Source of the DNA: an uncultured Candidatus Saccharibacteria bacterium
GTDB taxonomy: Bacteria; Patescibacteriota; Minisyncoccia; Phycocordibacterales; DATDWN01
Assembly: GCA_964424295.1 (NCBI GenBank)
Contig: CAYRHZ010000001.1
Location: 1 to 44,439, forward strand
DNA length: 44,439 bases
Reading direction: 5' to 3'
Translations under genes and position numbers: made by a program
Shown: positions 34,253 to 40,333 of the stretch, piece by piece
How the letters are laid out: each line of letters opens with the position of its first letter
Position numbering within the stretch: the stretch's first letter is position 1
The notes under the pieces: generated by a model
The model's database searches: none
What the model saw: only the letters and a program-made list of their open reading frames with translations
Told to the model about the DNA's origin: nothing

Positions 34253-34392
34253 TTCGGAAGACCCCGCAGGTCGCAAGCATGGTTTTGTCAAAGTCCGAGT
34301 AATCTCGGTTCATTGACAAATTGCGACCGAGGATTAAGTGAGCTTTAGGCTGGAAAAGCGAACGGTCTGGAGAAAAGATGTGTGAGAAAGAG
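34253..34392. ncRNA. candidate structured RNA (three-way junction, ~140 nt), strand undetermined
   Basis: 12-bp perfect closing helix ACACATCTTTTC (34253-34264) / GAAAAGATGTGT (34381-34392). It encloses AGACC/GGTCT, a long nested hairpin (GGTCGCAA/TTGCGACC, TTGTCAA/TTGACAA, CCGAG/CTCGG) and a short hairpin GCTTT/AAAGC. All pairs are Watson-Crick, so the strand is ambiguous. Confidence 0.45.
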
Positions 34393-34403
34393 ACATAACA
34401 CTT

Positions 34404-35651
34404 TTATTTCAATGCACTTACCGCCTCATCTTCTGACATCATCTCCGATTCTGCTTTTGTTCTGAATTTTACTTCTACTTTATCTTGCTCAACTGTTTTA
34501 TCACTAACCACAAATCGAACTGGAATTCCAATAAGATCTGAGTCAGCAAACTTTTCTCCTGGGCGTAGATCCCTATCATCGTAAAGAACTTCTACTCCGG
34601 CTTTCGTTAGTCTGTCATATAAATTGTCAGCGTATTCTACAGTTTTATCATTTACTCCTAGTCGGACCAAGTGAACGTGGAAAGGAGAAACTTCTTTTGG
34701 CCAGATAATTCCCTTGTCATCTGCAAGAACTTCTATAATTGTTCCCAAAAGTCGAGTTGGGCCTATACCGTAACTACCCATAACAACGGGGTGTTCATTG
34801 CCTTCTTCATCTTTATACTTTAAACCTATGGCATCTGAAAAACGCGTACCTAGATGAAAAATATTTCCAACCTCTACCGCTTTTTTCTCCACCAATTCAC
34901 TTTTTTCTATGCCTAGTTTTTTAAGATTCTCTTCAGTATAAACCTCCCTATTTAAAGCCATTTTCTTACCTTCATGGACGTAAATAACATCTTCACCAGA
35001 TTCAGTAAGAGTCTGGAACTCTTCTGAAAAATCAGCAAAAATACCTCCGTCAGCAAAGGTAACATAAGTTTTGTCACCAATACCAAGTCTTTGGAAAATT
35101 TTTATATATGCGTCTCTTATTTTGTTGTAGTCTTCTGTGTGTCCGTCATTGTCTTTTGAAAAAGAATACATATCCTTCATCATAAACTCCTTTCCACGCA
35201 TAACACCGCTTTTCGCCCGAAGTTCGTTTCTAAATTTATTCTGAAACTGATATGCAAGAACTGGTAAATCTCTATATGAAGAAATATGTTCGCTCATTAT
35301 TCTTGTGAGTGGTTCTTCGTGTGTAATGCCAAGACCTGTCTCTCCACCACTTTTTAGCTCTGTTTTAAACCAATTATCAACTTTTGCATCATCCCATCTG
35401 TCTGTTCTAGACCAAAGTTCTTTGTCCTGAAGTGCTGACATCAGTAGCTCCTGCCCACCAACAGCATTCATTTCTTCTCTAATTATCTGAACTATATTAT
35501 TTAGTGTTCTAAGACCTAATGGTAAATACGAATAAACCCCCGCAAGTTCTTTGTGTACGTATCCCGCACGAATAAGGTACTCTGCATTTTTTGAAGTCTC
35601 GTCTGCAGGCGCCTCTTTTCTTGTCTTTGTAAAAAGTTGTGTTTGTCGCAT
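34404..35651 (-). CDS. proS: prolyl-tRNA synthetase (bacterial type, lacking the INS editing domain)
   Basis: MRQTQLFTKTRKEAPADETSKNAEYLIRAGYVH… plus class II motifs and a C-terminal anticodon-binding domain. Trimmed from the 507-aa track ORF to the ATG at 35651. Only ~45 aa lie where INS normally sits. Confidence 0.9.
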   Translation of the reverse strand: MRQTQLFTKTRKEAPADETSKNAEYLIRAGYVHKELAGVYSYLPLGLRTLNNIVQIIREEMNAVGGQELLMSALQDKELWSRTDRWDDAKVDNWFKTELKSGGETGLGITHEEPLTRIMSEHISSYRDLPVLAYQFQNKFRNELRAKSGVMRGKEFMMKDMYSFSKDNDGHTEDYNKIRDAYIKIFQRLGIGDKTYVTFADGGIFADFSEEFQTLTESGEDVIYVHEGKKMALNREVYTEENLKKLGIEKSELVEKKAVEVGNIFHLGTRFSDAIGLKYKDEEGNEHPVVMGSYGIGPTRLLGTIIEVLADDKGIIWPKEVSPFHVHLVRLGVNDKTVEYADNLYDRLTKAGVEVLYDDRDLRPGEKFADSDLIGIPVRFVVSDKTVEQDKVEVKFRTKAESEMMSEDEAVSALK

Positions 35652-35694
35652 AAAAGTTTTGTAGCTAAATAGTATCCTAAAAGTATATTTTGAG

Positions 35695-35875
35695 CAAAAA
35701 GAAACCCGCGCATAGTTCGCGCGGGCAGATTGTGGCAGGAAGAGGAGCAATCGGTTGTTCGGTGCACCGTGATGGCGTTGGGACTGAGTGCCCCACTGCA
35801 AGAGGTCCAGTATTGGACGTTTAGTGGTCAGTACCAAGGTTAACGGCAAGTCAGCCGACACCCCTCCGCCCGCCA
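35695..35875 (-). promoter_or_regulatory. structured GC-rich leader with an intrinsic terminator upstream of proS (candidate attenuator or riboswitch-like element)
   Basis: 12-bp long-range helix GGCGGGCGGAGG (plus 35863-35874) / CCUCUUCCUGCC (plus 35734-35745), with G-U pairs valid only on the minus strand. Terminator CCCGCGC/GCGCGGG (35705-35725) is followed by UUUCUUUUU, about 45 nt before the proS ATG. Confidence 0.55.
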
Positions 35876-35881
35876 AGAAAA

Positions 35882-35909
35882 ACTCTACTACTTTATAATT
35901 TTTTTGCAA
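35882..35909 (-). promoter_or_regulatory. promoter TTGCAA-16-TAGAGT driving the proS leader
   Basis: On the minus strand the -35 is at 35904-35909 and the -10 at 35882-35887. It directly abuts the terminator of the upstream RNA. Confidence 0.45.
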
Positions 35910-36150
35910 GAAAAAAGGCCGCTCCACTCGGAGGGGCCTGCACGAAACTCGTGCTTTGGGGGAACGTACAACGGACGAACAGGGGGGACTGCGGGGACTT
36001 TGGGAGTCGAGGCCTCATCACCAGGATAAACCGAACCCGGTGTCGGTAGTCCTGGGCTTTACCTCTAACCCTGGTACTGGAGAAGTCGCTGGAAGCGCAC
36101 TTCTGCAATATACAGAGCTGCAAAGTCCGGCACCATCCCCCCTGTTTTCC
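35910..36150 (-). ncRNA. unclassified structured RNA (~240 nt), GC-rich
   Basis: No credible ORF. 11-bp perfect long-range helix (plus 36136-36146 / 35978-35988) and a nested 8-bp helix (36121-36128 / 35995-36002). Internal hairpins include CCAGGA…UCCUGG enclosing ACCGA/UCGGU. Terminator AGGCCGCTCC-actc-GGAGGGGCCT (35916-35939) is followed by UUUUUU on the minus strand. The ends are approximate. Confidence 0.6.
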
Positions 36151-36156
36151 ATCTAT

Positions 36157-36185
36157 GTTATAGCACGAATACAATAAAAAAGCAA
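36157..36185 (-). promoter_or_regulatory. promoter TTGCTT-17-TATAAC for the 35910-36150 RNA
   Basis: On the minus strand the -35 is at 36180-36185 and the -10 at 36157-36162. Confidence 0.45.
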
Positions 36186-36196
36186 ATGTGGCAGAC

Positions 36197-37294
36197 TTAG
36201 AGGAGTTTTAGGATGTCATTTCCTGTGACCAGAAGCATTACCAGCATTAAAAATACAAAACCGAGAATATTAGTCCATTTTACAATATTTGGGTTTATTG
36301 GGCGTCTTATTATCGCCTCAATAGCAACAAAAAGTAGTCTGCCTCCATCCAAAGCTGGAAATGGCACGAGATTAATAACAGCCAAGTTTATAGAAATGAT
36401 CGCAGTAATAGTCAGTAGATAACTAAAGCCTAGGTCGCTCGCCTCTTTTACAATACCTGCAATACCAACAGGACCTGCGACCTGTGAAAAATCTGATTTA
36501 AAAGTAATTGTTTTCCAGAGAAAATCTGCGAGGCCAATGGCTGTGGCTTTCAGTAAATACCATGTACTTTTTGCACCCTCAACAAGAGAGTTTATTGGAG
36601 AAAGTTTTAGTGTTCCTACCCACTCCATCGAAATACCAATAATTTTTTTGCCTTCGATTAAATTTAAACTTGGGGTCAGGTTAAACTCTTTTTCTCCATT
36701 TTTGACTGAACTTGTTTTTATATTTAAAGTTTTAGTTTCATTTTTTGAAATAAATTCTTGGACTGTTTCTGGATACAAAGGAATTGAAAGTGTTTCCTTG
36801 CCATTAGAAATAGAAACTATTGTATCTCCCGCAATTAACCCAGCGTCTTTTGCCGGAGAATCCTGTAATACCTCAGTAATAACTAAATGGGCATCATTTA
36901 AAACGCCCATAGTATTGTGTGGTAAGGCAGAAGAAGTTCCTATGAAAAATCCTAGAGAAATAATGAGCCATGCAAATATTACATTAAATGTAACTCCAGC
37001 AACTAGTACAAGGGCTTGTATCCATTTTGGTTTATAAACAAAACTTACGGACTTGTTTTCTTCTGTTAAGCCCTCAGAATGAGCATCCTCACCAAAAATT
37101 TTAACGAATCCACCAAATGGGATGGCATTCAATGTATAAAGAGTACTTCCCCACTGCTTTGAAAAAAGCTTTGGCGGAAATCCTATACCAAATTCATCCA
37201 CTCTTATTCCAGATTTTTTAGCAACCAAAAAATGCCCAAGTTCATGAACAAAAACTAGTATCGCCAATATGATTAAAAATATTATTACTGTCAT
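36197..37294 (-). CDS. rseP: RIP (site-2) zinc metalloprotease RseP
   Basis: HELGHF (HExxH) in the first TM segment, a central PDZ region, and a C-terminal LDGG motif (PFPALDGGRL). Confidence 0.92.
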   Translation of the reverse strand: MTVIIFLIILAILVFVHELGHFLVAKKSGIRVDEFGIGFPPKLFSKQWGSTLYTLNAIPFGGFVKIFGEDAHSEGLTEENKSVSFVYKPKWIQALVLVAGVTFNVIFAWLIISLGFFIGTSSALPHNTMGVLNDAHLVITEVLQDSPAKDAGLIAGDTIVSISNGKETLSIPLYPETVQEFISKNETKTLNIKTSSVKNGEKEFNLTPSLNLIEGKKIIGISMEWVGTLKLSPINSLVEGAKSTWYLLKATAIGLADFLWKTITFKSDFSQVAGPVGIAGIVKEASDLGFSYLLTITAIISINLAVINLVPFPALDGGRLLFVAIEAIIRRPINPNIVKWTNILGFVFLMLVMLLVTGNDILKLL

Positions 37295-37298
37295 TATT

Positions 37299-37850
37299 TT
37301 ATTCCCCTATCTCTTTCTCTTTTTTCTCAAACAAGATTTCAAGATTTCTAGTACATTCGTCCAACAGTTTCTGAACCTCAGCTTTTGTTCTAAATTTTTC
37401 GTCTTCAGACATTTCCCCATCTTTTTCTTTTGCTTCCAAATCTTTCAAAGTCTTTTCCCTCTCACCACGAAGAGTTATTTTTGCATCCTCCAATTTTTGT
37501 TTTGTAAGTTTTACTAAAGATATTCTCCTCTCCCCTGTTAGCTCTGGAAAAATTACTCTAAGACCCTTATCATCTACAGTGACAGAAAGCCCTAAATCTG
37601 ATGCGACAATGGCTTTCTCGACATCTTTAGTAACTGACGTATCCCATGGTACTATTCTTACTGTACGCGCATCTTCCATAGAAAGGTTTGCAACCTGATT
37701 TATGGGCATAAATGATCCATAAGCTTCAACGCTCACACCATCGAGAATAGAAAGATTTGCTCTTCCTGTACGAACAGTCGATAGCTCTTTTTTGAGCCAC
37801 TCTTCTACGTCTTTTAATCCTTGTTTAAATCCTGTTAAATTGTATGCCAT
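37299..37850 (-). CDS. frr: ribosome recycling factor
   Basis: …LSTVRTGRANLSILDGVSVEAYG…IRIVPWD… is a canonical RRF. Confidence 0.94.
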   Translation of the reverse strand: MAYNLTGFKQGLKDVEEWLKKELSTVRTGRANLSILDGVSVEAYGSFMPINQVANLSMEDARTVRIVPWDTSVTKDVEKAIVASDLGLSVTVDDKGLRVIFPELTGERRISLVKLTKQKLEDAKITLRGEREKTLKDLEAKEKDGEMSEDEKFRTKAEVQKLLDECTRNLEILFEKKEKEIGE

Positions 37851-37873
37851 ATTTTTTGTATTATAGCAGAATA

Positions 37874-38545
37874 TTACACACTAAGCATTAAGTTTTCAAG
37901 AATAATTTTAACTGGAGCGCCCCTGTCATACAGAGACAGCCGAGCTTTTTCACAAGCCTTTAATTGTTCTGACATTTCTAGAACACCCTTTTTGTATAGC
38001 TCTCTCTCTATCTTATTTAAAAAACTAATCGCGTCCTGCTTGCTCATTTCTTCGTCTTTTATTCCATCAGTAATTTCTTTTACCATCTCCAGCCTCTCTT
38101 TCATACTCATATCAAAAATTGTTTTTGATTGTACAATGTCATCTGAATTACTATTGAAAATATGCATTCTAGAACGAAGGGTCGGTAGTAAAACATCCTG
38201 AGGAGAAATAATAAAAAAGTGTGTTCCTTCTGTAGGTTCTTCAAAAACTTTTAACAAAGCGTTCTGTGCTTCCTCTGTAATGAAATCTGTTTCAATAATA
38301 AATATTTTTTTACTGCCTCCCAAATCTTTTCTGCTCTCGCCTTGCGAAATTTCCCTAGCGTCATCTATTGTAAAATTTTCATATTTTGTATGAGAAAAAT
38401 CTGGGTTACCACTTATTTTAACCCCGACAATTTCCTCAAGAAAGTTTTTAAGCTTTACAACAGCATCTTCAACTTTATGCTCAACAAAATAGTATGCATG
38501 GTGCAGACTGTCCGAATTTTTATACATTTCTAAAAAAGAATGCAT
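37874..38545 (-). CDS. holB: DNA polymerase III delta-prime-like subunit (short)
   Basis: HAYYF…, AQNALLKVFEEPTEGTHFFIIS and LPTLRSR motifs, typical of delta-prime/clamp-loader AAA+ proteins. No intact Walker A seen. Confidence 0.75.
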   Translation of the reverse strand: MHSFLEMYKNSDSLHHAYYFVEHKVEDAVVKLKNFLEEIVGVKISGNPDFSHTKYENFTIDDAREISQGESRKDLGGSKKIFIIETDFITEEAQNALLKVFEEPTEGTHFFIISPQDVLLPTLRSRMHIFNSNSDDIVQSKTIFDMSMKERLEMVKEITDGIKDEEMSKQDAISFLNKIERELYKKGVLEMSEQLKACEKARLSLYDRGAPVKIILENLMLSV

Positions 38546-38547
38546 GT

Positions 38548-39561
38548 TTATCTTTTTGAAATAACAGATTTTTTATAATTCTCTAAGTGCTCTAAGGCAA
38601 TTCCCGTCCCCTTCACCACACAATACAAAGCATCTTTTGACAGCACTGCCTTAACCCCTGTCCTTCTAAAAACTAGTTCTGGAAAGTTTCGCAATTGTGA
38701 AGTGCCGCCAGTCATGATTATCCCCTGATCAATAATATCTGATGAAAGCTCTGGAGGAGTTTCCTGTAAAACATCTTTTATGGCCTTTATCATTTCGCGT
38801 AAATCCTTGCTAATAGCTTTTACTATCTCGTTTGTTTTTATTTCTACGCTTCTCGGAAGACCTGTAACGAAATCTCTACCTTTTATTGTAATTGCCAGCT
38901 CTTCATCTAGTGGAATAGCTGAACCGATTTTTATTTTAATATCTTCTGCTGTTTTATCTCCAATACCAAGATTAAAAGTTTTTTTAATATAGTCAGTTAT
39001 CGCATAGTCAATTTTGTTTCCAGCAACTTTTACTGAAGTCGAGGCCACAATTCCTCCTAGAGAAATAACCGCAACATCAGTAGTTCCCCCGCCAATATCA
39101 ACAATCATATGTCCCAAGGCCTCATGAATAGAAATACCCGCACCTATAGCTGCCAAAATTGGCTCTTTAATAACGTAAGCATTTTTTGCACCAGCTCTTA
39201 TTGCTGCCTCGATAACTGCGCGTCTTTCAGTGGACGTAACTCCAGCAGGAACAGAAACAAGAACTTCTGGTTTAAAAAATTGCCACTTACCCAAAGCCTT
39301 ATCTATATAATACCGAAGCATTGCCTCCGTAACCCTATAATCCGCGATTACACCGTCTTTCATTGGTCTATAGGCAATAATACTCTCGGGGGTTCTACCT
39401 ATCATTTCTTTAGCTTCGATACCTATTGCCACTATTCTGTTGTCCTCTTCTGAAACAGCCACAACTGATGGCTCGTTTAGAACTATTCCACGACCAGGAA
39501 CAAACACCAAAGTGTTGGCTGTTCCAAGGTCTATACCTATTTTTTTTGAGAATATACTCAT
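38548..39561 (-). CDS. mreB: MreB-family actin-like protein (second paralogue)
   Basis: IGIDLGTANTLVFVPGRGIVLNEPSVVA…IVDIGGGTTDVAVISLGG…IMTGGTSQL. Confidence 0.92.
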   Translation of the reverse strand: MSIFSKKIGIDLGTANTLVFVPGRGIVLNEPSVVAVSEEDNRIVAIGIEAKEMIGRTPESIIAYRPMKDGVIADYRVTEAMLRYYIDKALGKWQFFKPEVLVSVPAGVTSTERRAVIEAAIRAGAKNAYVIKEPILAAIGAGISIHEALGHMIVDIGGGTTDVAVISLGGIVASTSVKVAGNKIDYAITDYIKKTFNLGIGDKTAEDIKIKIGSAIPLDEELAITIKGRDFVTGLPRSVEIKTNEIVKAISKDLREMIKAIKDVLQETPPELSSDIIDQGIIMTGGTSQLRNFPELVFRRTGVKAVLSKDALYCVVKGTGIALEHLENYKKSVISKR

Positions 39562-39580
39562 GCTGTGTATAATAGCCGAT

Positions 39581-40327
39581 ATGAATAATAATGTAAAAAT
39601 ACTACAACCAAAATACTTTTTTTACGGAATCGTGGTTGTAGTCGTTTTTACTCCAATTGCTTTATATAGTCTGGGATATAGATTAGGAAATGGCTTCAGA
39701 GTTGGAAAGTTGGGATATTTAGCGTTATCAATACCACTACCTGAAACTACTATATATATAGATGAATCGAAAAAAATTGTTACCACAAAAGAGAATGAAG
39801 AAGTAAAAGTCCCGCTTTCACCAAAAGAACACTCTATTATTATTTCTAGACAAAGTTACTACCCTTGGAAAAAGAATTTAGAGATTCAAAGTAAAAAAAC
39901 CGTAAGTGTTTCTCCAATGTTTGTTTCTCAAAATCCATCAGGTAGTGTCATCACAAAAAATGACCCTGAGTATTGGAAAATTTATAATTTATTGAACAAA
40001 AACACATACCCTAAAAAAGATTTACCAAAAACCGATGGCAATATTTCTATTTGGGTAGAAAATAATACAGTAATGGCAAAAATCGATGAAAAAATAATTG
40101 AGGTAATAAAACCAGAAGAGGAGGTTCGGAATTTAGAATTTTATAAGAACGCCAAGAATGCAGTTATTTTTTCAGCCGGCAAAGGTATCTATGCCATAGA
40201 GATAGATAAAACTGGTACACAAAACTTTATGCCTGTATATGTCGGCGAAAAACCTTTATTTATAGGGGCAGATAAATCATCAATTTATGTACTGGATGTG
40301 GGCACACTAATGCAGGTTATAATATAG
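39581..40327 (+). CDS. hypothetical membrane-anchored protein
   Basis: Trimmed to MNNNVKILQPKYFFYGIVVVVVFTPIALY (ATG at 39581), because the track ORF overlaps mreB antisense. A TATAAT at 39567-39572 lies just upstream. Confidence 0.6.
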   Translation: MNNNVKILQPKYFFYGIVVVVVFTPIALYSLGYRLGNGFRVGKLGYLALSIPLPETTIYIDESKKIVTTKENEEVKVPLSPKEHSIIISRQSYYPWKKNLEIQSKKTVSVSPMFVSQNPSGSVITKNDPEYWKIYNLLNKNTYPKKDLPKTDGNISIWVENNTVMAKIDEKIIEVIKPEEEVRNLEFYKNAKNAVIFSAGKGIYAIEIDKTGTQNFMPVYVGEKPLFIGADKSSIYVLDVGTLMQVII

Positions 40328-40333
40328 GTTTCT

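Noticed and set aside
36119-36136. RNase P CR-I-like string GCAAAGUCCGGCACCAU on the plus strand, and AAAGUCCGAG at 34300-34309.
   Set aside because: On the plus strand the RNA would have to extend ~300 nt into the antisense of rseP, in AT-rich sequence. The promoter and terminator geometry indicates minus-strand transcription. I found no CR-V (ACAGAAnCCGGCUUA) partner. This is probably a coincidence.
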